A stretch of 54,842 nt of DNA from Candidatus Enterousia sp. (GTDB taxonomy: Bacteria; Pseudomonadota; Alphaproteobacteria; Rs-D84), in the NCBI GenBank assembly GCA_045649345.1, contig JAZRPS010000007.1:1-54842 (forward strand). The letters are read 5' to 3'. Under the pieces are notes generated by a model. It was given only the letters and a program-made list of their open reading frames with translations. It did not search any database and was not told where the DNA came from. Below, one piece after another: positions 18,025-28,500 of this stretch (the stretch's first letter is position 1; the number at the start of each line of letters is the position of its first letter). Both the position numbers and the translations under genes were made by a program.

Positions 18025-18900
18025 ATGTCATCAATATTTGTTTTCCCAGGTCAAGGTGCGCAAAGCGTCGGCATGGGACGCGATTTATATGAAAATAATG
18101 CCATTGCACGCGCCGTGTTTGATGAGGTTGACGACGCTCTTGGTGAAAAGTTATCGGAAATCATTTTCAATGGTCCAACCGATACATTGACGTTGACTGC
18201 AAATGTTCAGCCGGCAATTATGGCAACATCGATTGCAATGTTGCGTGCATCTGGTGCGTCACTTCCAGAATATGTTGCGGGACACTCATTGGGTGAATAT
18301 ACGGCATTATGTGCGGCCGGCGCATTAAGTGTTGGTGATACCGCGAAACTATTGCGCGCACGTGGTAATGCAATGCAGACTGCGGTTCCGGTGGGACATG
18401 GTTTAACGGCTGTTATTTTAGGTTTGGATATCGACGTTGTTCGTGAAATTTGTGCAAAAACAGACTGTGATGTTGCCAATGACAATTCCCCGGGTCAGGT
18501 TGTAATTTCTGGTGCCAAAGATGTCGTAGAACAAACAATGGTTGCTGCCAAGGATGCGGGTGCAAAACGTGCAATGCCGTTGGCATTATCTGTACCTGTT
18601 CATTGCCGGATTCAGCAGCCTGCTGCCGACGCAATGCACGCAGCATTGGCAGGTGTAAAAATGATTACGCCATCTGTACCATTAATTTCGAACAAGACAT
18701 GTACCCCGATAACCGATGTTAACGAAATCAAAGACGCGCTTGTTTATCAAATGACGCATGGCGTGCGCTGGCGCGAAAGTGTATTGGCAATGGCTGATAT
18801 GGGTATCACAGATATGATAGAGGTTGGACCAGGTGTCGTCCTGACGGGACTGTGTTCACGCATTACAGATAAAATAACCGCAAAGAAGATGGAGATATAG
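18025..18900 (+). CDS. fabD: Malonyl-CoA:ACP transacylase
   Basis: FPGQGAQ, GHSLGEY, N.PGQVVISG, VRW.ES. Confidence 0.95.
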   Translation: MSSIFVFPGQGAQSVGMGRDLYENNAIARAVFDEVDDALGEKLSEIIFNGPTDTLTLTANVQPAIMATSIAMLRASGASLPEYVAGHSLGEYTALCAAGALSVGDTAKLLRARGNAMQTAVPVGHGLTAVILGLDIDVVREICAKTDCDVANDNSPGQVVISGAKDVVEQTMVAAKDAGAKRAMPLALSVPVHCRIQQPAADAMHAALAGVKMITPSVPLISNKTCTPITDVNEIKDALVYQMTHGVRWRESVLAMADMGITDMIEVGPGVVLTGLCSRITDKITAKKMEI

Positions 18901-18902
18901 TT

Positions 18903-19631
18903 ATGTTTGATTTAACAGGACGTGTTGCATTAATCACAGGCGCCACAGGTGGTATTGGTGTCGCAATCGCAAAAAAGATGAAGGCTGCAGGTGCCACAGT
19001 TGTTGTTTCTGGTCGCAATGTCGCAAAAATGGATTCAGAATTTGGTGATGATTATATCAAGATTCCATGTGATCTGGCATCTGATGGTGGTGCGGTTGAA
19101 TTAATCATGGACACAATTGACAAGGCTGGCAAGATTGATATCTTAATTAACAATGCCGGTATTACCAAGGACACATTGTTAATGCGTATGACAGACGAAC
19201 AATTTGATGATGTTATAAATACAAATCTGCGTTCTTGTTTCAAGATGTGTCGTGCGGCAATTATGCCAATGATGAAAAATCGCTATGGTCGTATTATAAA
19301 CATGGCGTCCATTATCGGCACAATTGGTGGACCGGGTCAGGCAAACTATGCCGCAAGTAAAGGTGGCATGATTGCAATGACAAAATCCATCGCGGCTGAG
19401 GTTGCATCCCGTGGCATCACTGCGAACGCGATTGCACCGGGATTTATCAAAACCCCAATGACTGACGTTTTGCCCGAAGAATTGAAAAAGACATACCTGT
19501 CACAAATCCCAGCGGGTCGTTTTGGTGAACCGGAAGATATTGCAAATGCATGTGTGTTTTTGGCGTCTGATGAGGCGTCATACATCAACGGTCAAACCTT
19601 GCACGTAAACGGCGGTATGGGACGGTTTTAA
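18903..19631 (+). CDS. fabG: 3-oxoacyl-ACP reductase
   Basis: TGATGGIG, NNAGITKD, GQANYAASK, GQTLHVNGG. Confidence 0.96.
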   Translation: MFDLTGRVALITGATGGIGVAIAKKMKAAGATVVVSGRNVAKMDSEFGDDYIKIPCDLASDGGAVELIMDTIDKAGKIDILINNAGITKDTLLMRMTDEQFDDVINTNLRSCFKMCRAAIMPMMKNRYGRIINMASIIGTIGGPGQANYAASKGGMIAMTKSIAAEVASRGITANAIAPGFIKTPMTDVLPEELKKTYLSQIPAGRFGEPEDIANACVFLASDEASYINGQTLHVNGGMGRF

Positions 19632-21274
19632 TGCAAAAATATGATGTAATTGTTATTGGTGGCGGTCATGCAGGTGTCGAAGCGGCATCTGCGTCTGCGC
19701 GTCGTGGCGCAAAAACACTGTTATTAACCCAGGCAGGATCTGACCTGGGGGCATTGTCGTGCAACCCCAGTATTGGTGGCCCCGGTAAATCCCAAATGGT
19801 CGCCGAAATGGACGCATTGGGTGGCGTTATGCCACGCGCCGCAGATCGGGCTGGGATTCATTGGCGCACGTTAAATGCGTCGCATGGTGCCGCAACCCAG
19901 GCATTGCGCGCCCAAATAGACCGCAATTTATATCATAATGCAATTGTTGATATTTTATCGGCCGACGAAAATTTAACGGTAAAATACGAACCTGTTTTTG
20001 ATTTAGATATAAAAAACAAGACGGTTAATAAAGAATATTCTGCCACTGCAATTGTTTTAACAACGGGCACATTCTTGGGTGGTTTGGTGACGCGTGGCAA
20101 TGAAAAAATCCCGTCTGGACGTTTGCAAGATGACGGTACATATCAATCGCCTGATACGCATATTTCCGGCGTATTGCGCGATTCTGGTTTTAAATTATTG
20201 CGCCTTAAGACGGGAACGCCTGCGCGTATCAAGAAAGATTCAATCGATTTTTCTGTATGTGAAGTTCAGCCTGGTGACACCCCCCACGATTGGTTCAGCG
20301 ATGGTGATGAAAATAATAATTATGACAGTGTGTGCTATATAACCCACACAACGGAACATACGCACGATGTTATTCGTGAAAATATAACAAATGCCCCGAT
20401 GTATAATGGCGACATTCGTGGTACTGGTCCACGTTATTGCCCGAGTTTAGAAGACAAGGTTATGCGTTTTCCAGACCATAAAACCCACCATGTTTTCTTA
20501 GAGCCTGAGGGTTGGAACAGCGATTTGATTTATCCAAATGGCATATCGACCAGTTTTGGCAGTGATGTCCAAGATAAATGGATTCGTACAATCCCGGGCT
20601 TAGAAAATGCAGAAATTGCCCGTTATGGCTATGCAATTGAATACGATGCAATTGATGCGCGCGCATTAAATAATAAATTGCAATCCAAGAATATTCCAAG
20701 CTTGTTCTTTGCAGGACAAATTAATGGAACGTCTGGGTACGAAGAAGCCGCCGCCCAGGGTTTAATTGCGGGCGCAAATGCCGCCGCATATGCATTGGGT
20801 GCGGATTCGCTGGAAATCGACAGAACAAATTCAATGATTGGTGTTTTGATTGATGACATAACGACATTGGGGGTTGATGAACCGTACCGTATGTTTACAT
20901 CGCGTTCTGAATATCGCCTGTCTTTGCGTTCTGATAATGCAATTGCTCGTTTGGGACCGATTGGTGTAAGGCTGGGGTTAATCAGTGACGAAAAATACAA
21001 CGAAAAATTGTCACGTAAATCTGAAATAATCGCCCAAAATGATAAATTCTATGCCGGCTATATCGCGCGCAATGAACGTGAAATCGCGGCATACAAACGC
21101 GATGCGATGTTGAAAATTCCGGCTGATTTTACGTATGATGCCCTGCCCGGCTTAACAAATGAATTAATCGAAAAATTAAACGCCACGCGTCCGGAAAATA
21201 TTGCCGCATTGTCACGCATACCTGGTATGACCCCGGCGGGAATAATGGTTGTTTTACGACGTGTGAAAAATTAA
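19631..21274 (+). CDS. mnmG: tRNA uridine-5-carboxymethylaminomethyl modification enzyme MnmG/GidA (compact form)
   Basis: GGGHAG.EA, SCNPSIGG, RLKTGTP, GPRYCPS.EDK, AGQINGTSGYEEAAAQG, EPYRMFTSR.EYRL. Confidence 0.96.
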   Translation: MQKYDVIVIGGGHAGVEAASASARRGAKTLLLTQAGSDLGALSCNPSIGGPGKSQMVAEMDALGGVMPRAADRAGIHWRTLNASHGAATQALRAQIDRNLYHNAIVDILSADENLTVKYEPVFDLDIKNKTVNKEYSATAIVLTTGTFLGGLVTRGNEKIPSGRLQDDGTYQSPDTHISGVLRDSGFKLLRLKTGTPARIKKDSIDFSVCEVQPGDTPHDWFSDGDENNNYDSVCYITHTTEHTHDVIRENITNAPMYNGDIRGTGPRYCPSLEDKVMRFPDHKTHHVFLEPEGWNSDLIYPNGISTSFGSDVQDKWIRTIPGLENAEIARYGYAIEYDAIDARALNNKLQSKNIPSLFFAGQINGTSGYEEAAAQGLIAGANAAAYALGADSLEIDRTNSMIGVLIDDITTLGVDEPYRMFTSRSEYRLSLRSDNAIARLGPIGVRLGLISDEKYNEKLSRKSEIIAQNDKFYAGYIARNEREIAAYKRDAMLKIPADFTYDALPGLTNELIEKLNATRPENIAALSRIPGMTPAGIMVVLRRVKN

Positions 21275-21275
21275 T

Positions 21276-21303
21276 AAAAACGCCGGCATTTGCCGGCCTT
21301 TTT
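21276..21303. repeat. Palindromic terminator repeat copy
   Basis: aaaaacgccggcatttgccggccttttt between convergent mnmG and fabZ. Confidence 0.8.
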
Positions 21304-21304
21304 G

Positions 21305-21748
21305 TTATTCTTTTTCTGCTTTTTGCAGAACGGCTGTAAATGTCGCCTCTGCTACCTTTTTTCCGCCAACCATGGCGATACCATGAAATTTGTATAACTT
21401 CATTTTTGTTAATAACAGTTCAACATGTAATTCCAATTTGTCGCCTGGGCGCACCATATGTGAAAACTTAATTTTTTCCATTGTTGTGAAATAGCCCAGC
21501 ATGTCTTTACGTTCTGCTTCGGTCATTCTTTTAAATGCGACATAGCATGCGGTTTGCGCCAATGCCTCTACCTGTAATACACCGGGCATAATTGGGTCGC
21601 CTGGAAAATGCCCTGGGCACCAAAATTCATCGTCACGAACATATTTTATACCAACCGCGCTGGTGTCATTATATTCGCGAATTTCATCAACCAATCGCAT
21701 GTCACCACGATGTGGAATTATTTTTTCAATTTCTTTTGCGTCAATCAT
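21305..21748 (-). CDS. fabZ: 3-hydroxyacyl-ACP dehydratase
   Basis: IPHR..M.LVD, GHFPG.PIMPGVL.VEALAQ, V.PGD.L. Confidence 0.94.
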   Translation of the reverse strand: MIDAKEIEKIIPHRGDMRLVDEIREYNDTSAVGIKYVRDDEFWCPGHFPGDPIMPGVLQVEALAQTACYVAFKRMTEAERKDMLGYFTTMEKIKFSHMVRPGDKLELHVELLLTKMKLYKFHGIAMVGGKKVAEATFTAVLQKAEKE

Positions 21749-21766
21749 ATGTTTTTTCCTTCTCTT

Positions 21767-22819
21767 TTATTTTTTATCATTTTTCATTTGTTTTTTTAAC
21801 CATGCATAATGACGCATAAATTCTGTTCCTGGACCTGCTGGATATCCCATATGACTTTCGCCATCTGGAATATTGCGGAAAACCCCACTGTTTGCACCAA
21901 CGGACGCATCGTTTCCAATGTGTACGCCGTTTGCAACACCAACATGTCCCCCCAATAACGCGCGGTCACCAACCACAACACCGCCTGCCAGACCAACACC
22001 ACTGGCCAAGAAACATTCAGAACCGATAACAACGCCATGTGCAATCTGACACAGGTTGTCAATTTTTGTGCCATCACCCACGCGCGTATCTGTCATCGCG
22101 CCACGGTCAATGCATGTATTTGCTCCAACAGATACCCGTTCGCCCAAAACAACACGACCAACGTGTGGGATAAATATGTTTTTGCCATTTTGACGGGTGT
22201 ATCCAAAGCCGTCTTTGCCAATTACTGCGCCAGAATTTATTATACTATCTGCGCCAATTGTTGCGTTTTCGATATGCGCCCCAGATTGTATAATTGTGTT
22301 TCGTCCGATAACAACGTTTCGTCCAATGTATGCATATGGGTATATCTTTGCGCCTGGCTCAATTACTGCCCCTCGTTCAATTGTTGCAAATTGCCCGACA
22401 TAGTTTGTACGTCTTTTGCGAAAGAAGACACCCCGGTCAATATGTGCATTTTTACTGATACCGAAACGTGGTTTTTCTTTATAAATTTCACCCAATATTT
22501 TTACGATATTTCCACGTGGACTGTCTGTGATTAACAGTGTCGCCCCCTTTGGTGCGTGTTTTGCCTGTTCTGGCTGAACCAGTATCACAGTTGCACGTGT
22601 TTTTTGTAAAACCTCTATCGGCAGAATTTTAAAGGCATTACTGTTTTGTTCTGTGGAATAGAATGCCAATTGTCCGGCGCGCGCATCTGCGATTGGCGCG
22701 ACGCCACGCACAGGTTCATTTGCGTTTCCACGTAATTCCAAGCCGAATTTTTTGGCCAATTCGCCCGCGGTCGTCTTGCTTGCGCTGGGCATAAACAAAG
22801 ATTTAATTATTTTTATCAT
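21767..22819 (-). CDS. lpxD: UDP-3-O-acyl-glucosamine N-acyltransferase
   Basis: Hexapeptide repeats, IG.DGFGY, GANTCIDRG, KIDNLCQIAH. Start moved to ATG 22819. Confidence 0.93.
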   Translation of the reverse strand: MIKIIKSLFMPSASKTTAGELAKKFGLELRGNANEPVRGVAPIADARAGQLAFYSTEQNSNAFKILPIEVLQKTRATVILVQPEQAKHAPKGATLLITDSPRGNIVKILGEIYKEKPRFGISKNAHIDRGVFFRKRRTNYVGQFATIERGAVIEPGAKIYPYAYIGRNVVIGRNTIIQSGAHIENATIGADSIINSGAVIGKDGFGYTRQNGKNIFIPHVGRVVLGERVSVGANTCIDRGAMTDTRVGDGTKIDNLCQIAHGVVIGSECFLASGVGLAGGVVVGDRALLGGHVGVANGVHIGNDASVGANSGVFRNIPDGESHMGYPAGPGTEFMRHYAWLKKQMKNDKK

Positions 22820-22920
22820 AGTGACACGATTATAGACCATAAAACCCACCTTTTCCACATTTTTGTTAATATGCAGATTTTTCTTGCGTTTTAATATTTC
22901 GTCTATATAATACACAGTGT

Positions 22921-22976
22921 TCTTAAATAATTTTTAAGGGCGGGGTTCGGGAATGAATCCCGCTCTTTCAATAAGA
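22921..22976 (+). promoter_or_regulatory. rimP-leader-like attenuator hairpin upstream of nusA
   Basis: AAGGGCGGGGTTC-gggaat-GAATCCCGCTCTTT hairpin, resembling the GAGTGGG..CCCACTCTTT rimP/nusA leader, with an outer TCTTA/TAAGA stem. Confidence 0.7.
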
Positions 22977-23004
22977 CATAAAATAAACGCGAAGGAGTAT
23001 ATAA

Positions 23005-24543
23005 ATGTCTTTTGTATCTATGCCTCGTCAAGATTTACTGTTGGCCATTGATTCTTTGGCCCAGGAAAAGCAGATTGACCGTGAAATCGTTATTGAATCA
23101 CTAGAAGCGGCGATTGCTAAAATCGCAAAACACAAATATGGCGAAGAATTTAATATTACTGCCAATATCGACCGCAAGAATGGCGCGATTTATGTAAAAC
23201 GCTTGTTTGATGTTATTGAATCACCTGAATCTGTTGGCGAAGAATACGATGCAAATACAATGTTAACTGTCGCCCAGGCAAAGAAGTATGCCAAAAACCC
23301 GGTCGTTGGTGACGTGGTCGAAGATGCGCTGCCAGAACCAGAATTTGGTCGTATGGCATTCCAAACTGCGAAACAAATCATGACTGCACGTGTACGTGAC
23401 GCTGAAAAGGGTCGTCAGTACGAAGACTTTAAGGATAATATCGGCGATATCGTCAGTGGTGTTGTTAAACGTATTGAATTTGGTAATGTTTTTGTTGACA
23501 TTAATGGCAAGGCCGAAGGTTATATCAAGGGTACAGAATTAATCCCTGGCGAACGCTTGACGGTTGGCGATCGTGTTCGTGCATTGATTATGGACGTTGC
23601 GCGTTCAAATACTGGTCCCCAGATTTTCTTGACACGTACGCATCCGATGTTCATGGAAAAATTATTCGTTCAAGAAGTTCCTGAAATTTACGAAGGTCTG
23701 ATTAAAATCAAATCTGTTGCACGTGCGCCGGGTTCACATGCGAAAATCGCTGTTGAAACATCTGACCCATCAATTGATGCGGTTGGTATGACTGTTGGTA
23801 TCAAGGGTACACGTATTCAGCCGGTTATCAATGAATGTCATGGCGAAAAAATTGACGTTATCTTGTATTCCGAAGACCCTGCTGTATTTATTGTTAACGC
23901 AATGCAGCCTGCCAAGGTCGCAAAAATCATCGTTGACGAAGATACACGCAGCGCAGCCGTCGTTGTAAACGAAGATCAGCAGTCTTTGGCAATCGGACGT
24001 CGTGGTCAGAATGTACGTTTGGCATCACAGTTGACAGGTTGGAACATTGATGTTATGAACGAAACCGAAGAACAAGAACGTCGCGCCAAAGAATTTAAAG
24101 AAAAGACAGAATTGTTTATCGGCGGTTTGGACGTTGATGAAATGATTGCGCAATTGCTGATAACCGAAGGTTTCCGTACAATCGAAGAAATCGCATTTGT
24201 TGATATTTCTGAACTGGAAAGCATCGAAGGCTTTAATGCTGAATTGGCATCAGAATTGCAGAAACGTGCAAAAGATTATTTGAATAAAGTCGAACAAGAC
24301 TATCTGGACAATGGTCACAAGTTGGGCATGTCTGATGACTTGTTAACATTTGACTTTATTAAACGTCCAACAATCATGAAATTGGGCGAAGCAGGAATCA
24401 AATCGCTGGAAGATTTGGCAGATTTATCAACAGATGAATTGGTTGAAATCTTGGGCGAAGACACAATGAGTAATCGTTTGGCAGGTCGTGTAATTATGAA
24501 AGCACGCGAAGTCGCATACGATATAAAACAAGACGAAGAGTAA
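23005..24543 (+). CDS. nusA: Transcription termination/antitermination factor NusA
   Basis: FGR...QTAKQ, S1 and KH domains (SLAIGRRGQNVRLASQLTGW.ID), two C-terminal HhH repeats. Confidence 0.97.
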   Translation: MSFVSMPRQDLLLAIDSLAQEKQIDREIVIESLEAAIAKIAKHKYGEEFNITANIDRKNGAIYVKRLFDVIESPESVGEEYDANTMLTVAQAKKYAKNPVVGDVVEDALPEPEFGRMAFQTAKQIMTARVRDAEKGRQYEDFKDNIGDIVSGVVKRIEFGNVFVDINGKAEGYIKGTELIPGERLTVGDRVRALIMDVARSNTGPQIFLTRTHPMFMEKLFVQEVPEIYEGLIKIKSVARAPGSHAKIAVETSDPSIDAVGMTVGIKGTRIQPVINECHGEKIDVILYSEDPAVFIVNAMQPAKVAKIIVDEDTRSAAVVVNEDQQSLAIGRRGQNVRLASQLTGWNIDVMNETEEQERRAKEFKEKTELFIGGLDVDEMIAQLLITEGFRTIEEIAFVDISELESIEGFNAELASELQKRAKDYLNKVEQDYLDNGHKLGMSDDLLTFDFIKRPTIMKLGEAGIKSLEDLADLSTDELVEILGEDTMSNRLAGRVIMKAREVAYDIKQDEE

Positions 24544-24549
24544 AAAATA

Positions 24550-24580
24550 CAGGGTGCAATGGTCAATCCACTGCACCTTG
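24550..24580 (+). promoter_or_regulatory. Intergenic stem-loop between nusA and infB
   Basis: CAGGGTGCA.TGG-tcaat-CCA.TGCACCTTG; no U-tract follows. Confidence 0.55.
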
Positions 24581-24605
24581 AAAATTATTAACGGAGTGAA
24601 TCTAT

Positions 24606-27017
24606 ATGGCAACATTGACACTTGGAAAATCTGTGACAACTGACGCAGTACGCAGTAAAAAAGGCGACGCAGTATTTGTTGAACGTCGTCGTCGTGTTGT
24701 TGCACCTGGCAGCAAAGAATTGCGCGACGAACCAGCAACGCCGGTCACACCACGCAATGCAACAGATGAAAAATTACGTGCAGTATTGGCTGCCGCCAAG
24801 GCGCGTGAAGAAGAACGTAAAAAGCGCGAAGCCGAAGAAGAAGCCGCACGCAAAGCACGCGAGGCAGAAATCGAACGTGAAAATCGTGAATACGAACGCG
24901 TCAAAGAACAACTGAATGCACGCGAAAATACCGCAGCTGAAAATGTTGACGCTGTTGAAGAAACACCTGCCCCACGCGCACAAAAGCCTGCGCCTGCACA
25001 AAAAGTATTTACAAATAATGCTATGCCGTCACAAAATAATCGCAAGAATCGCGGTAATGATGACGAAGATTCACGTCCATCGAAATTTGCAAATTCAAAG
25101 AAAGATTTCAAAAAATCTGGCAAAATCCATCTAAATGACATTGTTATGGGTGGTGGTGATGACGATGATGAAATCGGTATTCGTGGTGCAAATCGTCGCC
25201 GGTCCGAGGCGTCATTAAAACGTTTTCGTGAAAAAGCGCGCGCAATGTTCACTGTCCCACAAAAGGTTGAACATGTCGTCACACTGGGTGACACAATCAC
25301 TGTCAAAGATTTGGCTGCTGCCATGGCAGAAAAGGTTGGCAATGTTATCAAAAAATTGATGGAAATGGGCATGATGGTATCTGTAAACCAATCCATCGAT
25401 GCAGATACTGCCGAACTGATTGCCGGCGAATTTGGCGCAACGGTAAAGCGCGTAGATGTAAAACCATATGCAGAAATCCTTGAACGTGAACCAAATCCAG
25501 AAAAATTGGCGCCACGCGCACCTGTTGTGACGGTTGTGGGACACGTTGACCATGGTAAGACATCATTGCTGGACGCATTTCGTAATGCGAATGTTGCCGC
25601 CGGCGAAGCAGGCGGTATCACCCAACACGTATCGTCTTATGAGGTTAAAACAAAGTCTGGTCCAATGATTACATTCTTGGATACCCCGGGTCACGAAACG
25701 TTTACAGCCATGCGCGCCCGTGGTGCCCAGATGGCGGATATTGTTGTGCTGGTGGTTGCGGCAAACGATTCTATTATGCCACAAACGATAGAGGCGATTA
25801 ACCACATTCGCGCAGCCAAGGTTCCATTTATCGTTGCGATTAATAAAATCGATTTACCAGAAGCAAACCCAACACGCGTTAAAACAGACTTGTTGCAACA
25901 AGAAGTTCAGGTCGAAGAAATGGGTGGCGATGTCCAATGTGTTGAGATTTCTGCAACGAAAAAAATTGGTCTGGATAAATTAGAAGAAGCAATTTTATTA
26001 CAGGCAGAAATGATGGACTTAAAGGCAGACCCAGAAATGCCGGCTGTCGCCTATGTGGTCGAAGCAAAACAAGAAAAAGGTTTGGGTGCCGTTGCAACCG
26101 TCTTGATGCGCCAGGGTACCTTAAAAATTGGCGACGTTTTTGTTGTTGGCGATACTTTTGGTCGTGTTCGTGGTTTGATTAATTCTGCTGGTGAACGTGT
26201 AAAATCTGTAAAGCCTGGTCAACCTGTCGTTGTATTGGGATTGAACACTGTCCCAGGTGCCGGTGACGAATTGCGCGTTATGGAATCTGAGGCGCAAACC
26301 CGCGAAGTTGCCGCCTATCGCGCACAAAAAACCAAGGACAAAGCCAACGCGGTAAAACGTTCATCGCTGGAAGAATTATTCGCAAAACGTGATGACAACA
26401 AGAAATTAATCTTGCCGATTATCCTGCGTGCAGACGTACAAGGGTCGGTAGAGGCAATTTCAGACATGGTCAAAGAAATTAATACGGACAAGGTCGGTGT
26501 TGAAATCTTGTCATCTGGTGTTGGTCAAATTACCGAAGGTGACATTCGTCTGGCGACGGCGTCTGGTGCGGTTATTATTGCGTTTAATGTTCGTGCAGAT
26601 TCTGTTGTTCGTGACATGGCGCGCAGCAATGGCGTTGACATTCGTTATCACAGTGTTGTTTATCGTATCACAGACGAAATCAAAGAAATCTTGTCTGGTA
26701 AATTGGCACCAGAAAAGCGCGAAACCTTTATCGGTTATGCAGATGTTATTGCACTGTTTACTGTGGGCAAAGGTATACGTGTTGCCGGTTGTCGTATGAC
26801 CGAAGGTACGATTAAGAAAGATGCATTTGTTCGCTTGTTGCGCAACAATGTTGTTATCTATGACGGTAAAATTGGTCAGTTGCGTCGTGAAAAGAACGAA
26901 GTAAAAGAAGTATCTGGTGGCGTTGAATTTGGTATGTCTTTTGACAAGTATAATGACTTAAAAGAAGGCGACCGTGTTGAATGCTATGAGGTTGAAGAAA
27001 TTCGTGCGCAATTGTAA
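24606..27017 (+). CDS. infB: Translation initiation factor IF-2
   Basis: [54 protein letters not shown]. Confidence 0.98.
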   Translation: MATLTLGKSVTTDAVRSKKGDAVFVERRRRVVAPGSKELRDEPATPVTPRNATDEKLRAVLAAAKAREEERKKREAEEEAARKAREAEIERENREYERVKEQLNARENTAAENVDAVEETPAPRAQKPAPAQKVFTNNAMPSQNNRKNRGNDDEDSRPSKFANSKKDFKKSGKIHLNDIVMGGGDDDDEIGIRGANRRRSEASLKRFREKARAMFTVPQKVEHVVTLGDTITVKDLAAAMAEKVGNVIKKLMEMGMMVSVNQSIDADTAELIAGEFGATVKRVDVKPYAEILEREPNPEKLAPRAPVVTVVGHVDHGKTSLLDAFRNANVAAGEAGGITQHVSSYEVKTKSGPMITFLDTPGHETFTAMRARGAQMADIVVLVVAANDSIMPQTIEAINHIRAAKVPFIVAINKIDLPEANPTRVKTDLLQQEVQVEEMGGDVQCVEISATKKIGLDKLEEAILLQAEMMDLKADPEMPAVAYVVEAKQEKGLGAVATVLMRQGTLKIGDVFVVGDTFGRVRGLINSAGERVKSVKPGQPVVVLGLNTVPGAGDELRVMESEAQTREVAAYRAQKTKDKANAVKRSSLEELFAKRDDNKKLILPIILRADVQGSVEAISDMVKEINTDKVGVEILSSGVGQITEGDIRLATASGAVIIAFNVRADSVVRDMARSNGVDIRYHSVVYRITDEIKEILSGKLAPEKRETFIGYADVIALFTVGKGIRVAGCRMTEGTIKKDAFVRLLRNNVVIYDGKIGQLRREKNEVKEVSGGVEFGMSFDKYNDLKEGDRVECYEVEEIRAQL

Positions 27018-27019
27018 AT

Positions 27020-27041
27020 AAAAACACCGGCATTTGCCGGT
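27020..27041. repeat. Palindromic terminator repeat copy, truncated on the right
   Basis: aaaaacaccggcatttgccggt. Confidence 0.8.
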
Positions 27042-27042
27042 A

Positions 27043-27092
27043 AATCCCCTTCGCTTGGCGAAGGGGTGGCGCGATAGCGACAGGGTAGTGGT
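27043..27092. repeat. GC-rich REP-like double-hairpin element
   Basis: CCCCTTCGC-ttg-GCGAAGGGG then TGGCGCGATAGCGACAGGGTAGTGG; GC-rich within an AT-rich spacer. Confidence 0.55.
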
Positions 27093-27114
27093 AATAAATA
27101 TATTCAAAATTAAA

Positions 27115-27143
27115 TAAAACACCGGCATTTGCCGGTGTTTTTA
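27115..27143. repeat. Palindromic terminator repeat copy
   Basis: taaaacaccggcatttgccggtgttttta. Confidence 0.85.
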
Positions 27144-27152
27144 TTATATTTT

Positions 27153-28499
27153 TTATTCGTTTTTCAGAAATTTTTCCAACCATTTGTTATCAAAATTCAA
27201 CTGCTTTACATCTTTGTTCTTTAACAGTTTTTGTTGCAGTGGAATTGTTGTTTTTACACCTTCGATAACAAATTCATCCAATGCACGTGTTGCGCGCATA
27301 ATACATGCAGGTCTGCTTTGTGCATGAACGATTAATTTTGCAATCATCGAATCATATGTTGGTGGAATTGTGTATCCGGTGTAAACCGCACTGTCTACAC
27401 GAACGCCCAACCCCCCAGATGGGGCATATAGTGTGATTTTACCCGGGTTTGGAATAAATGTTTCTGGGTCTTCGGCATTAATACGAAATTCAATTGCATG
27501 ACCATTTGGAATGACATTTGATTGGGTATAGCCTAACTTTTCCCCGGCGGCGACACGAATTTGTTCGCGTACCAAGTCAACACCATACACCATTTCTGTG
27601 ACTGGGTGTTCCACTTGCAGGCGCGTATTCATTTCCAAGAAATAGAATTTACCATCTTCGAACATAAATTCAAAAGTACCTGCATTTGTATATCCCATTT
27701 TTTTTGCAGCGGATTTACAAACTTCTATCATATCGTCGCGTTGTTTTTGTGACAACACGGCGGCTGGACATTCTTCCATAACCTTTTGGTTTCTGCGCTG
27801 TAATGAACAATCGCGCTCACCAAAGATTACAACGTTTCCGTGTTTGTCGCCCAACACCTGAAATTCGATATGACGTGGGTGCAATAACAGTTTTTCCATA
27901 TACAACGTATCATCACCAAAGGCAGATTTTGCCTCGTTCTTGGTCAGTTGATATGCCTCTGCCATTTCATCGGCGTTCATAACAGGCCGCATCCCCCGCC
28001 CCCCCCCACCTGCTGATGCTTTTAACATAACAGGATAGCCGATTTTTTCAGCGGTTGCCAACGCATCATCTAATGATGCCAGTGCGCCATCAGAACCAGG
28101 TACCACCGGCAGTCCACATTCGATTGCGGTGCGTTTTGCATTAACCTTGTCCCCCATTTTGGTAATCATTTCTGGGCTGGGTCCGACCCAAATCATGCCA
28201 TGTTGTTCAACTTTTTGTGCAAAATCTGCACGTTCAGACAAGAAACCATAGCCCGGATGAATCGCATCAGAATTTGTTAACAAGGCCGCTGTTAATATTG
28301 CAGATTCATTCAAATAAGAATCTTTTGCAGGCCCTGGTCCAATGCATACAGATTCATCTGCCAGTTGAACGTGCATTGCTTCTTTATCTACTGTTGAATA
28401 CACAGCGACGGTGCGAATACCCATGTCGCGACATGCGCGAATAATACGCAGGGCAATCTCCCCACGATTCGCGATTAAGACTTTTTTTATTTGTGACAT
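27153..28499 (-). CDS. accC: Acetyl-CoA carboxylase biotin carboxylase subunit
   Basis: LIANRGEIA, IHPGYGFLSE, GGGGRGMR, ERDCSLQRRNQK, EMNTRLQVEHPVTE. Confidence 0.97.
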   Translation of the reverse strand: MSQIKKVLIANRGEIALRIIRACRDMGIRTVAVYSTVDKEAMHVQLADESVCIGPGPAKDSYLNESAILTAALLTNSDAIHPGYGFLSERADFAQKVEQHGMIWVGPSPEMITKMGDKVNAKRTAIECGLPVVPGSDGALASLDDALATAEKIGYPVMLKASAGGGGRGMRPVMNADEMAEAYQLTKNEAKSAFGDDTLYMEKLLLHPRHIEFQVLGDKHGNVVIFGERDCSLQRRNQKVMEECPAAVLSQKQRDDMIEVCKSAAKKMGYTNAGTFEFMFEDGKFYFLEMNTRLQVEHPVTEMVYGVDLVREQIRVAAGEKLGYTQSNVIPNGHAIEFRINAEDPETFIPNPGKITLYAPSGGLGVRVDSAVYTGYTIPPTYDSMIAKLIVHAQSRPACIMRATRALDEFVIEGVKTTIPLQQKLLKNKDVKQLNFDNKWLEKFLKNE

Positions 28500-28500
28500 A

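Noticed and set aside
24602-25621. 339-aa antisense ORF over infB (and similar long ones over pnp 8077-8799, serS 44736-45572 and typA 42200-42811)
   Set aside because: These are antisense shadows of strongly conserved genes, with no motifs or translation signals of their own.
27993-28010. G9 homopolymer in accC as a phase-variation tract
   Set aside because: It encodes the conserved GGGGRG loop of an essential enzyme and the frame is intact.
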